NCBI GenBank assembly: GCA_965653675.1
Contig: CBFHBA010000021.1
Coordinates: forward strand, 2,386 to 66,385
Length of the DNA: 64,000 nucleotides
Source: an uncultured bacterium
GTDB taxonomy: Bacteria; Acidobacteriota; Blastocatellia; Pyrinomonadales; Pyrinomonadaceae
Reading direction: 5' to 3'
Part shown: in pieces, positions 17,609-27,334 of the stretch
Numbering within the stretch: position 1 is the first letter of the stretch
How the letters are laid out: the number at the start of each line of letters is the position of its first letter
The notes under the pieces: generated by a model
What the model was told of the DNA's origin: nothing
The model's database searches: none
Seen by the model: the letters and a program-made list of their open reading frames with translations, nothing else
Made by a program: the position numbers and the translations under genes

Positions 17609-19039
17609 TTAACTCGCTAACGCGCCCTGATCTTCTTCCAACTTCTTCAGCCGGTATCGCAATTGATCCCGTGAGATGCGGAGGAGTTCGGCGGCTTTCG
17701 TCTGATTGCCGCCACTGCGCTCAATCGCCTGCCGCACAAGAGACATCTCGACGTCTTCGAGTGCGACGCCTTCTGCGGGCAAACGAAACTGCGAACCGGA
17801 AACTCCGGCGCTGCGGCCATCAGTCGGGACACTTCTCGCGCCGTCGGCGACTGCGCGCGGAATGTATTTCATCGTAATGACGTCTTCATCTTCGAGAATC
17901 AGCGCGCGTTCGATCACATTGCGCAGCTCGCGCACATTGCCTGGCCATTCATAACGGCGAAAGGCAGCGGCGACTTCCGGGGCGATCCCTTTTACCTGCT
18001 TGCGCAGGCGTTTGCTGAATGAACCGATGTAATGTTCAGTCAGCAACAGCACGTCATCGCCGCGTTCGTGCAAAGACGGAATGTCGATTTGGATCACCGA
18101 CAGACGGTAGTACAGATCGAGGCGAAAGCGATTGGCTTCGCTTTCTGCTTTTAGATCGCGATTCGACGCCGCGATGATGCGTGCGTCGAAAGGAATATCT
18201 CGTAATCCGCCAACCCGTCGAAACGCGCCTTCTTCCAGCACACGCAAGAGCTTGGCTTGCAAGCTCAATTCAAGTTCGCCGATTTCATCCAGAAATAGTG
18301 TGCCGCCTTCGGCCTGCTCGAACAGACCTTCCTTACGCGCTTTCGCATCGGTGAACGCGCCTTTCTCGTAGCCAAACAGTTCGCTCTCGATCAGAGTTCC
18401 AGGAAGCGCGGCACAATTGATCGCCACGAACGGGCCATCGCCGCGATGCGATTGATAGTGAATCGCCTTGGCGACCAGATCTTTTCCGGTACCGGATGGA
18501 CCTTGCAACAACACTGACGAGACTTCACTCTCGGCGACTTTGCGCGCGATAGCTAACATCTCGCGCATCGCCGGCGAGTTGCCGATGATTTGATCGAAAC
18601 TGAATTGTTGAGCGCGTTCGCGGCGCAGCAGGTTTACTTCCTTGCGCAAGCGTCCCGCTTCAATGCCGTTGCGAATCGCGACATGCAGCTCTTCGAGATT
18701 GATCGGTTTGCCGATGAAGTCGTATGCGCCTCCGCGCAGGGCGGCGATCGTTTCGTCTACCAGCACGTTCGCGGTAATCATGATGACGACGGCGTCCGAT
18801 TGTCGCTGGCGAATTCGGCGCAGGACATCGATGCCTGACGCATCCGGCAAATTGATGTCGAGCAGAATCGCCGCGGGCGGTTCCCCATCGAAAGCGGCTA
18901 GCGCCGCTCCTGCGGTATCGGCCTCAACCGGCTCAAAGCCCCAGCCGCGCAGCGCTTCGCCAAGCGACCAACGGATCATCTTCTCGTCGTCTACAACAAG
19001 TATCTTTGGTTTTTTCAGTGTGTGCTTCTCGACTCTCAT
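17609..19039 (-). CDS. sigma-54-dependent response regulator (NtrC family)
   Basis: REC domain (ILVVDDE...), AAA+ domain with GPSGTGK and [15 protein letters not shown] (GAFTGA-type loop), and a C-terminal Fis-type HTH. Confidence 0.9.
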   Translation of the reverse strand: MRVEKHTLKKPKILVVDDEKMIRWSLGEALRGWGFEPVEADTAGAALAAFDGEPPAAILLDINLPDASGIDVLRRIRQRQSDAVVIMITANVLVDETIAALRGGAYDFIGKPINLEELHVAIRNGIEAGRLRKEVNLLRRERAQQFSFDQIIGNSPAMREMLAIARKVAESEVSSVLLQGPSGTGKDLVAKAIHYQSHRGDGPFVAINCAALPGTLIESELFGYEKGAFTDAKARKEGLFEQAEGGTLFLDEIGELELSLQAKLLRVLEEGAFRRVGGLRDIPFDARIIAASNRDLKAESEANRFRLDLYYRLSVIQIDIPSLHERGDDVLLLTEHYIGSFSKRLRKQVKGIAPEVAAAFRRYEWPGNVRELRNVIERALILEDEDVITMKYIPRAVADGARSVPTDGRSAGVSGSQFRLPAEGVALEDVEMSLVRQAIERSGGNQTKAAELLRISRDQLRYRLKKLEEDQGALAS

Positions 19040-19172
19040 TTGCCAGCCGTCCGATGACGACCGGCACGATTATAGGTGAGGAATCAGCATGTGCAGAAAC
19101 CTGACCCTGTACGACAGGCAGCCTACCTGTCATCTTCGCAAAACTAACCAGACAGGTAGCCGCCTGTTGTAC

Positions 19173-19718
19173 TCAATGCACCAACCGTTCGACAACAAGG
19201 TCGTCGTGCTCGCGCCGAAACGTCTGCGCGACGTGACAGTTCCAGCAAACGGGCAGACAACTCGTCATCGCTTCATTCACTCCCGCAAATGGAATTCGGT
19301 TCCATTCGACAGTCACGCCCTCGGGATTCAGCAGCGCCGGCTTGTGATCGATCATCTGGATTGGCTCAAACGGCCGTTTGCAGAAGGCACAGGTCTTCGC
19401 GCGGTACCACTTCTCGAGCACGCTGCGAACAAGACACTCGTCAGGCGCCACATCAAGTTGCAACAGACAGTCTTGTCCACAGTCTTGCTTGATCGGCCAA
19501 CGCGAGCAGTGCTCAAGGCGCACATCAGTCTGGCCTACGAGCGCACTCAACGCCACGTGCTTTGTATCGACTTCGACCATTGCCTGCTTGCCGGTTTCAG
19601 GACAGATGATGACGCGTTCGCCTCCAAAGCGTTGTGAGGTTCGCACAAAATATCGAATCCCAAAGCAGATCGCGACTATGATTAGCGCGGCCACACTTAA
19701 GTAGATCACTGTCGTCAT
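19173..19718 (-). CDS. membrane-anchored Cys-rich hypothetical protein
   Basis: 181 aa with an N-terminal TM helix and 14 Cys counted by eye, including CGQDC, CAFC and CWNCH. Confidence 0.55.
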   Translation of the reverse strand: MTTVIYLSVAALIIVAICFGIRYFVRTSQRFGGERVIICPETGKQAMVEVDTKHVALSALVGQTDVRLEHCSRWPIKQDCGQDCLLQLDVAPDECLVRSVLEKWYRAKTCAFCKRPFEPIQMIDHKPALLNPEGVTVEWNRIPFAGVNEAMTSCLPVCWNCHVAQTFRREHDDLVVERLVH

Positions 19719-19753
19719 GATGCGTCACCTCCTCTCGTTTTTTCTTCGCACGA

Positions 19754-20140
19754 TTACGATCCAGAGTTCCCATTACCTCGCGTAACCTCAATCTCCTGAA
19801 TCTTGTTGCGCAGCCAATGCTTCAAGACGTCTTCCATCACTGATTGATTGCCGTCGAGCGTCTCGATTGTGTCGCCGGCGTCCGTGAGCGGAATGAAATG
19901 GCAAGGAACCACTTCATTGCGTTTTTCCTGTGGAACAAAATCGATCAGGTGGCATTCATCACACGGATGCGCCTTCTCCGGCAGCGCGTAATTCACGCAC
20001 GAGAGTGAGTCCCGAAAGACGGATCGCTCACGCCAGGGTGTGCGGACGTCACGGCCATAGCCACCCTTCTCGATGAAATCTAATTCCGTCTTTAACAAGT
20101 CGAGCATGTCGCGTTCATCTTTCGACATAACCGTCTCCAT
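19754..20140 (-). CDS. small conserved Cys/His protein (paralog of 41371..41754)
   Basis: 128 aa, about half identical by eye to the ORF at 41371, sharing GGYGR.VRTPW, HPC.ECHL.DFV and VPCHFIPL. Confidence 0.65.
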   Translation of the reverse strand: METVMSKDERDMLDLLKTELDFIEKGGYGRDVRTPWRERSVFRDSLSCVNYALPEKAHPCDECHLIDFVPQEKRNEVVPCHFIPLTDAGDTIETLDGNQSVMEDVLKHWLRNKIQEIEVTRGNGNSGS

Positions 20141-20155
20141 CCCCCCTGACCTGAG

Positions 20156-22153
20156 TTATGCAGTGTGCGCAAGTGCGCGGCCGTTCGCCGGTGTCGGCCG
20201 TTCCAGGTGTTCGCGAAACAGTCGCGCTGATGCTTCGAGAAAATCGTAAGAGGTCACAATGCCGACGAGTTGATCGGCATCGACGACCGGCAAACAGCCG
20301 ATGCGCCGTTCGCGCATGGTCTGAATTGCATCGAGTGTTAGGGTCAACGACGAAACTGTCACCGGATTCGGCACCATTACATCACGCACTGTGACGTTCT
20401 CTTTCCGCATCCCATTGCTGAGTAGATGGAGCAAATTGCGATGAGTGACCAGGCCCACCAGTCGACCGTGGTCATCTTCAACGGGCACGTGTCGAATGTG
20501 CCGCCAGTCCATCAAACTCGCCGCCAAATCAATCAAGTCATCCGGGCGTACGGTGAAAAGATCCGTCGTCATGAATTGGCCAATCGTGCGATAACCGTTT
20601 TCCCAATCATCGTCGGTGGCCATTTTCGCAGTTGGCCATTTGTGCACCGGCCGTTCTTTCTTTTGACACTCCAACATGGTCGCCGCCAATCGACGCTGCC
20701 GCAGCTCATTCGGCACGCCGGCGAGCGCGTCAAACGAATGCAAAATCCAGCGCGCGCCTGTTTTTCGTTTCCGCGTGCGCTCTTCGATTATGTTGAGATA
20801 CTTATCACTGTCTTGCGCCGCCACTTTGGCCTGCTTGAGCCCAGCGCGCGCTAAAGGCAGCAGATGCTCGAGAATCAACGCCGATGCCGAGTATGTCTCT
20901 CCATCAATCCAGTTGAACTGCGCATCGAGGCCGTGTCGCGCGGCTCGGAAAAAATTTCCTTTCGCTTCATCAAACGACATGCGCTTTGCGACGTCGCCAT
21001 ATTCCTCCGGCAACGCCGACATCAGTCCCGCGAAGAATGCGGTGTTCGCAATCTCATCGATGATCGTCGGACCCGATGGCAAGGCGCGATTCTCAATTCG
21101 CAGGTGCGGCTTGCCGTCCTGAACTCCATAACAGGCACGGTTCCATCGCCAAACGGTTCCGTTGTGCATGCATAAAGCGGAGAGCTTCGGGGTCTCGCCG
21201 CGCGCCAGAACGTGGAAGGGATCTTCGTCTGGCTGCGAAATCATGATGGGACGAAAGCGCGAAATCTGATCGTGGAAGAGCGCAATCACCGAGTGCTCGA
21301 GCCATTTGTCGCCAAAACTGACGCGAGCCGGCTGGCTGCGCGCAACCTGCGGACGCGACCGAGCATCCGTTGAATGTTGGAAAAGCGCGACACGTGTTTC
21401 ACGCCACAGTCGCTTGCCAAACAGCAGCGGCGAGTTGACCGCCACTGCCAACACGGGCGCCGTTATGGCCTGCGCCAGGTTGTAGTCGCTCACGAAATTG
21501 TCTGCGTCTGTTTGCAAGTGAATCTGAAAACTGGTGTTGCACGACTCCATCATGATGTTGTCGTGTGACAGGTGAAGTTCGTCGAGTCCCTTGATGTAAA
21601 TAGACAGCGAACCGCCGCGCGAGCGAATCACTTCACGATTCAATTGCTGGTAGCGCGGAGATGGCGTCAGATTGTCAAGCGTCAGGTCTGACGGGTTAAG
21701 CGTCGGCAGAATCCCCGACAGCAAAACGTCGGCATTAAAATTCTTCGCGGCCGCGCGGGCTTTCGCAATCAATTCGCGCAGCTCCGCTTCCATCTGATGA
21801 AAACAACTGCCAGTCAGCAGACGCGGAGACATATTTGCTTCAAGATTAAACCGCGCAATTTCAGTTGTCAGACGCGGGTCGTTAGTCTTGCTAAGAACTT
21901 CGCCCGATATCGGAGCCGGATGCATCACCTGATCGATGAGGAACATTTCCTGTTCGGCGCCTATCCGCCGCACGCCGCTTTCCACCCGGCCATCCTCGAG
22001 CATGAACGCGAGCGCCCGCAGGTCGTCCAGCAGCGCTTTCATGAAACGCTGATATTTTGTTTCGTCGTACTGTTCGACATTGTGATCGCCCACGATTTGC
22101 CTTCCTTCCGCAGCACCAGTGAACTGCGCAGGCATTTGAATATGTCTCGGCAA
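20156..22153 (-). CDS. glutamate-cysteine ligase family 2 (carboxylate-amine ligase)-like protein with a C-terminal CBS pair
   Basis: 665 aa. The N-terminal ~500 aa have a GCS2-like look ([12 protein letters not shown]...). The C-terminal ~140 aa form a tandem CBS-like region ([16 protein letters not shown]..., [17 protein letters not shown]). Confidence 0.7.
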   Translation of the reverse strand: MPRHIQMPAQFTGAAEGRQIVGDHNVEQYDETKYQRFMKALLDDLRALAFMLEDGRVESGVRRIGAEQEMFLIDQVMHPAPISGEVLSKTNDPRLTTEIARFNLEANMSPRLLTGSCFHQMEAELRELIAKARAAAKNFNADVLLSGILPTLNPSDLTLDNLTPSPRYQQLNREVIRSRGGSLSIYIKGLDELHLSHDNIMMESCNTSFQIHLQTDADNFVSDYNLAQAITAPVLAVAVNSPLLFGKRLWRETRVALFQHSTDARSRPQVARSQPARVSFGDKWLEHSVIALFHDQISRFRPIMISQPDEDPFHVLARGETPKLSALCMHNGTVWRWNRACYGVQDGKPHLRIENRALPSGPTIIDEIANTAFFAGLMSALPEEYGDVAKRMSFDEAKGNFFRAARHGLDAQFNWIDGETYSASALILEHLLPLARAGLKQAKVAAQDSDKYLNIIEERTRKRKTGARWILHSFDALAGVPNELRQRRLAATMLECQKKERPVHKWPTAKMATDDDWENGYRTIGQFMTTDLFTVRPDDLIDLAASLMDWRHIRHVPVEDDHGRLVGLVTHRNLLHLLSNGMRKENVTVRDVMVPNPVTVSSLTLTLDAIQTMRERRIGCLPVVDADQLVGIVTSYDFLEASARLFREHLERPTPANGRALAHTA

Positions 22154-22253
22154 CTAACATGCCGAGTCGTTCACCGTAGAAACACTATGAAAATGGACGT
22201 AATAAGAAGAACTACTGCGAGTTTTTTCGGGTAAGTGCGGATTCTTGCCGGAG

Positions 22254-23885
22254 TTACTTCTTCGGCTGTGGCTCGTCTTTCCGGTGACACTCGGCGCACT
22301 GGAACATCGAGATGTCCCCGAGATTGATCGGGTGCTGAAATGGCTTGTTTGGTTTATGGCAGAAGTCGCACTTGCGGTCGGCGAGCGAGCCCAAGTCGAC
22401 CGGGTGAATGAACGGCCCGGTCTTTACAGACGCCTCGGGATTGGCGGAGTCGTAGATCATCGTGTGACAGATGTTGCAGTTGTTGCTGATGACTTTGCCG
22501 TCTTTGCTGACGTGATCGCCGTCGTGACAACGGAAACAGCCTGAGAAATAAAGATGGCCAATGTTGTTCGGGTGCGTCTGCCAATCTGTCTTCATCTCCG
22601 GAAAGAAATAAGTCTGAAAGATGCGCTGCACTTCGGCAATCGCGCCGTCCAGGGCCTGGCGTTTTTGGGAATAAACATCCGGATAGTTCTTGCTGTAGAA
22701 CTCAGTAAGCCCGGCCGCAATGTCCGCGACCGCTTGCGGCGTCGTGTCGTACGGCCGGCTCAACATTTCGACTGCCTTCTTCTTTAGATAAGGCAGCGAT
22801 GGATCCAATCTTCCCGCGACGAACGCGAGATCGACTGCAACATCCGGCGGTTGATAGACATGCGCAGGCCGGTTATGACAATCGACGCAGTCCATACGAC
22901 GCCTGCTTCCATTCGCGATCTGCTCCGCGGTTAGCGGCCGGTTGCGATCGTAATACTCTGTAACTTTGCCGCTGCGATCTTTGATCCGCACCCACGGAAT
23001 CACCTGGCGTCGATCATCAATCGAAATGTAAGTAATTTCGTTGGCGATGTTCATGTGCCAGTGAATGCCGGTCACGAGTCCCGTCTGTGGACTGCCGCCC
23101 CCTACGTTGATCAGCATGCGTCGCTGACGAAGCGTATTGTGTTCGTCATAGCCATAACGGTTGAAGACTTTGAGCTGCGCGCCGAAAAACTTTTCGGGCC
23201 AGTGACATTGTTCACAGGTTTCCTGCGCCGGCCGCAGATTGTGGACCGGCGAACCAATTGGCCGCGAATACTTTTTGAATGTAACGGAATAAAGTTGGTA
23301 CGCGCCGGAAAGTTTCGAGCGCACATACCAGCTCGCGCCCGGTCCGACGTGACAGCCCACGCAGCCAACCCGTGCATGCGCGCCGGCGAGATACGCAGTG
23401 TACTCGGGCTTCATCACCGTGTGACAGGTCTGCCCGCAAAAATTGACCGACTCAGTGTATTCGTAGCCGCGATAACTGCCGAACGCACTCGCGGAAACAA
23501 ACACGAAAGTTATGACTAAGAAAACGAAGAAGGCCTTGCGTGAACGCGGATCGTTCAAATCGAGTTTTGGATACGCTGGCTGCTCGCCCGGCGCGGCACG
23601 ATGGCGGCGGCGGCGCTCAAGCACCCTTCCGAGAATCGTGACGAACAATCCGAAGATCAGGATTGAAGGAAAGATGATGTAAGTGAGAATGCCGAGATAA
23701 GGGTTCTCGGCGTTGGAGGTGACTTCTATCAGAAAGAGCAGGACAACGCTGACAAAACTCGCGATAACGATCGCGCCGCCGACCAGGCTAACGTAATTGC
23801 GGAACAGGCTGGGTGACTTGGCCGCTGGTTCGGCGGGGCCTGCGTCGTCCGGGGCCTTCGTGATGTGCAGCTTTTCGTTGCTCAT
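22254..23885 (-). CDS. inner-membrane NapC/NirT-related multihaem cytochrome (ImcH-like)
   Basis: 543 aa with three N-terminal hydrophobic helices. Seven CXXCH motifs (CVGCH, CEQCH, CVDCH, CFRCH, CNICH, CDFCH, CAECH) plus one CX3CH (CGQTCH). Confidence 0.7.
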   Translation of the reverse strand: MSNEKLHITKAPDDAGPAEPAAKSPSLFRNYVSLVGGAIVIASFVSVVLLFLIEVTSNAENPYLGILTYIIFPSILIFGLFVTILGRVLERRRRHRAAPGEQPAYPKLDLNDPRSRKAFFVFLVITFVFVSASAFGSYRGYEYTESVNFCGQTCHTVMKPEYTAYLAGAHARVGCVGCHVGPGASWYVRSKLSGAYQLYSVTFKKYSRPIGSPVHNLRPAQETCEQCHWPEKFFGAQLKVFNRYGYDEHNTLRQRRMLINVGGGSPQTGLVTGIHWHMNIANEITYISIDDRRQVIPWVRIKDRSGKVTEYYDRNRPLTAEQIANGSRRRMDCVDCHNRPAHVYQPPDVAVDLAFVAGRLDPSLPYLKKKAVEMLSRPYDTTPQAVADIAAGLTEFYSKNYPDVYSQKRQALDGAIAEVQRIFQTYFFPEMKTDWQTHPNNIGHLYFSGCFRCHDGDHVSKDGKVISNNCNICHTMIYDSANPEASVKTGPFIHPVDLGSLADRKCDFCHKPNKPFQHPINLGDISMFQCAECHRKDEPQPKK

Positions 23886-25823
23886 CTACTCGGCTGTTTC
23901 GGGTGACGTTTCGTTGGGGGCGGGGCTTTCCGACGCTGTCAGGGTTTGTTTGTTCATCTGCTCGAATGCCAGCTCGTGCTCTTCACGATAAAGCTCTTCC
24001 GAAACTCGACCATCAATGAACGCGAAGTTTACCGGATAAACGTCGGGATCGAAAATCACATGATAGAAGTGCCAGACAATGATCGCGAGCGTCGCCAGCA
24101 CCGCTTCGTAAAAGTGAATCGCGAGCGCGATGTCGATCCACCAACGCGCGAGGAAACCGAATATGCCAATCTTGAACCAGATCATCAGGCCCGTTAGGCC
24201 CATGATGAAAGTGCCCCAAATGACGGCCCAATATTCAGCTTTTTCCGCATAACCGAATCGCGCGATCTTCGGTTTGATGCTCCGCAGACCGAGATAGTAA
24301 GCAAAGTTTTCCAAAAGGTCCTTGACGTCAGTGACACGTGGGAACATGTCTTTTACCCAGCGCCGGCCGTCTTTTGTGAGCGCGAGATATCCGATGTGAT
24401 AGACGCCGACGACAATCATCACAACCGCCGCCACGCGGTGAATGATACGGCGTAGATACTCATTTGATCCCAATAGCCACGCCAGCAATGAATCCGGATA
24501 CTGCAAAGCAAAGCCGCTCAGCACGAGCACGATAAAGCTGGTTAACAACAGCCAGTGTTGAAGTCTTTGATTGGCCGTGAGCCGCACAATTGTCCGGCGC
24601 TCTCGCCGCCTCGCGGCGACTTTAAGACGCCAGACAAGCACGTTGTGCAAAGCCATGCCGCCAATCGTCAAAAAGATCAGCGGCAGATAAATCCAGCGCA
24701 CGATGTGTATTCCGCGCGCCGACAAATCACGCGTCATCACGTTGGAAACGAGTTCAGAAGTGAGATGAACCTTTCCTTTCGTGAAGTTTCCGCTGGCGCC
24801 AATGTGACATTGTCCGCAGGTTTGTTGGAGGTTCTTCGCGTTAACCATTGAACGCGGGTCGGAAGAAGGCAGGATGTTGTGTACGCCGTGGCAACTCGCA
24901 CAATTCGCGACGACTTTTGATCCGAGCTGCGAGGCCAAGCCGTGATAGCTGTCTTTGTAACTCGCAACGCGGCCGCTGGCGACGCCGAACTCCTGGGTTA
25001 GAGTTACGCCTTCATGACACTTCGCACAGCTTTCAGTGGCGACGGCCGCTGACGCAAGATTTTTGTCGCCGTCGAACGGCTGCGTGATGTTGTGAATGCC
25101 ATGACAGTCAGTGCACACCGGCGCGCGCGAAACACCGCGCGCGACCGCCTGGCCATGCACACTCTGCATGAATTCTGTCGCTTCGGCACTGTGACACTTG
25201 CCGCACGTGTTGGGAATATTCACTTTTGCGATCGAGGATTGCGCGTTGGACGCGGGGAGAATTTCGTGCGCGCTGTGGCAATCAGTGCAGACAGCTGCAC
25301 TCACGTTGCCGCGCGCCATCGCTTTCGCATGCACGCTCTCGCGATACGAGAGGAATACTTGACTGCTGATTCCGCTGCCCTTCATCACCGATTGATCGCC
25401 GTGACAGCGTCCGCAGGTCGCAGCGATGTTTGCCCGATTGACGGGTGAAGCGGGATCATTCGCGGGCAGCATCGTTGTCATGTCGTGATTGCGTGCGTGG
25501 CAATCAAGACAACTTGCTGCCTTCGCCCCGCTCTGTAACGCTTGCGCGTGGAAACTGTGGCCATAACCGCTGTGCTGCGTCGTGTGGAATAACGAACCAG
25601 CGAGATATGGAAGTTGCTTTCCCGCGCCATGACATCCCTGACATTGAAGAGTGGGTGAAGGAATAGGAAACGCTTGCGCGTTGGGTCCGCCAATCACTGC
25701 GCCTTCGTTTGGCTGCACTGTTGTCGGCGACGAGGTTTGATTCGATTGAGCGGCGACCGAAAAAACAACAGGGAGTATCGACAAGCCGAAAAGAATGAGA
25801 ATTAGAGCGGCATGTCGTCGCAT
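23886..25823 (-). CDS. nonahaem c-type cytochrome fused to an FdnI/HydC-type dihaem cytochrome b membrane domain (CbcL-like)
   Basis: 645 aa with a signal peptide and 9 CXXCH motifs in the N-terminal ~370 aa. The C-terminal half has multiple TM helices with conserved His and an RLQHWLLLTSFIVLVLSGFAL-type helix. Confidence 0.8.
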   Translation of the reverse strand: MRRHAALILILFGLSILPVVFSVAAQSNQTSSPTTVQPNEGAVIGGPNAQAFPIPSPTLQCQGCHGAGKQLPYLAGSLFHTTQHSGYGHSFHAQALQSGAKAASCLDCHARNHDMTTMLPANDPASPVNRANIAATCGRCHGDQSVMKGSGISSQVFLSYRESVHAKAMARGNVSAAVCTDCHSAHEILPASNAQSSIAKVNIPNTCGKCHSAEATEFMQSVHGQAVARGVSRAPVCTDCHGIHNITQPFDGDKNLASAAVATESCAKCHEGVTLTQEFGVASGRVASYKDSYHGLASQLGSKVVANCASCHGVHNILPSSDPRSMVNAKNLQQTCGQCHIGASGNFTKGKVHLTSELVSNVMTRDLSARGIHIVRWIYLPLIFLTIGGMALHNVLVWRLKVAARRRERRTIVRLTANQRLQHWLLLTSFIVLVLSGFALQYPDSLLAWLLGSNEYLRRIIHRVAAVVMIVVGVYHIGYLALTKDGRRWVKDMFPRVTDVKDLLENFAYYLGLRSIKPKIARFGYAEKAEYWAVIWGTFIMGLTGLMIWFKIGIFGFLARWWIDIALAIHFYEAVLATLAIIVWHFYHVIFDPDVYPVNFAFIDGRVSEELYREEHELAFEQMNKQTLTASESPAPNETSPETAE

Positions 25824-25998
25824 GTCATCAGTCTTTGCAACGGGTTGAGTCCTGTCGAAAGCTTACCGTCAACGGCGCGCGCGCGCGGTGATTGCCATCA
25901 CACGCATTTGTCGATGAAGCATTGCGGGCGGGCAAAAAAAGCGCAGCCCTTTCGATCGCTCGAGAGAGCTACGCGAACGAACAACGTTTTTTTGTTCG

Positions 25999-26313
25999 TT
26001 ACCGGAGAGACTTGATATAGCCGACCAGAGCCTTCGCCTGATCCGGCGTGACGCCTCGTTCTTTGAAGGCCGGCATGTTGGGCGGCTTCTCCATCGTCTT
26101 GCCGTCGAGAACGGTTTGGATCAAGACATCATCAGCCTTGGTCTTGTCCAGCTTCTTTTCGGCAGTTGCGCCATGGCACATTTTGCACTTCGTGTTGTAG
26201 AGCGTTGCCGTATCGTCATCGGTCGCGCGTGCGGGTGTCGAAACGATCAGAAATGCGCCTGCAACAACCAGCGCTGCCACGACGAAAATCACTTTGAATA
26301 ACGGGCCCATCAT
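25999..26313 (-). CDS. monohaem class I c-type cytochrome
   Basis: 104 aa with a signal anchor, a single CKMCH and a distal Met candidate (PNMPAF). Confidence 0.8.
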   Translation of the reverse strand: MMGPLFKVIFVVAALVVAGAFLIVSTPARATDDDTATLYNTKCKMCHGATAEKKLDKTKADDVLIQTVLDGKTMEKPPNMPAFKERGVTPDQAKALVGYIKSLR

Positions 26314-26530
26314 TCATTGCCTCCAAAATTAACTAACATCTTCGCCTTGCGGCTGCGGTTTGAGCTTGGCAACGGACGTGCCGGGCTGATTTGTGCGGAC
26401 TTTCCGGGGAAGGATGGGGATTATGGGAACTTTTCCACGGAGAGTCGCGGGAAAGTTCTCGGTGCCATTAAACGTCGTCCGCTATACCGGTGTGAAAATA
26501 GCCCGGGCTTCAGCGCTTGGATCAGAGCGC

Positions 26531-26706
26531 AAAAGAGATCTCAAAGTCCGCGAAACGGACGACAGATACGAACCGGTTGCGGCCGCAAGCGGGTTAAGGA
26601 TTCGACTACACCTCACAGCGACTCTTTATTCCGCTCACTATCGTTCGCGGTTCCGTAAATTTCGTCACCGCTTCGCGGACGATAGGACCCGCCAGATAGA
26701 CTTTTG
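26531..26706 (-). repeat. dispersed ~170-nt element, copy 2, ending (minus strand) in a terminator-like hairpin
   Basis: Homologous to 16225-16388. The hairpin stem is at 26546-26560 (GTCCGCGAAACGGAC on the plus strand). It starts 9 nt after the stop of the tetrahaem cytochrome gene. Confidence 0.75.
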
Positions 26707-26714
26707 ACAAAGCC

Positions 26715-27293
26715 TCACGCCGCCGCTTTCTTATGGCAAGCTACGCATTTCTTTGAAGTGGGCGGCGCCGGATCGAGTGTCGGCCGCGCCTTCACCACGT
26801 CGTCATGGCAACCACCACAGTTGCGGTGAAATGCCTGCTGATTCGTCATGATGGTTTCCTCTGTAGCACCTTCAAACTTCAGACGTGGAATCTCAGGCAG
26901 CAACTTCGGCTTCTGATCGGCGCGCGCGTGACAATCAGTGCAGATGACAACAGTCACGCTCGGATCTTTCGCAAGCAGATCAGCCGTTAGAGTAGTCGTG
27001 CGATCGGCCGGCCAAACAGTCTTGTGTGGCGGATGCTTCACCGCTTCCGCCGCAGGCTGCGCCGTGTGATGACACTCGACGCATTCGAGTTTCTTCGTGC
27101 CGTCGGCACTGCGATTCTCGGTGATGTGCTTCATGTGATTGAAACTCACAGGACCGAGCTTCGCCTCTTTTGCGAGCACGATTGTTTCAGGCGGCGCCTT
27201 TCCACCCTGCGCCGATGCCGGCGTCGGACTTAAGCGCATCGAAACCAGCGCCAGCGAAAAAACTAGAAATGCAAAGATCGCAATTACTTTCAT
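26715..27293 (-). CDS. tetrahaem cytochrome c3-family protein
   Basis: The start is taken at ATG 27293 (MKVIAIFAFLVFSLALVS...), preceded by GAGAGG. Motifs: FNHMKH, then CVECH, CTDCH, CGGCH and CVACH. Confidence 0.8.
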   Translation of the reverse strand: MKVIAIFAFLVFSLALVSMRLSPTPASAQGGKAPPETIVLAKEAKLGPVSFNHMKHITENRSADGTKKLECVECHHTAQPAAEAVKHPPHKTVWPADRTTTLTADLLAKDPSVTVVICTDCHARADQKPKLLPEIPRLKFEGATEETIMTNQQAFHRNCGGCHDDVVKARPTLDPAPPTSKKCVACHKKAAA

Positions 27294-27334
27294 AGTAACC
27301 TCTCTGGTTCTATGGAGTGCGGCGCACTCCAAAT

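Noticed and set aside
26600-26625. tRNA T-arm-like sequence (AGTCGAATCC on the minus strand) inside the ~170-nt repeat.
   Set aside because: No acceptor, D or anticodon arms can be drawn around it. The same segment in copy 1 reads AGTCGAATCG. It is probably a coincidence.
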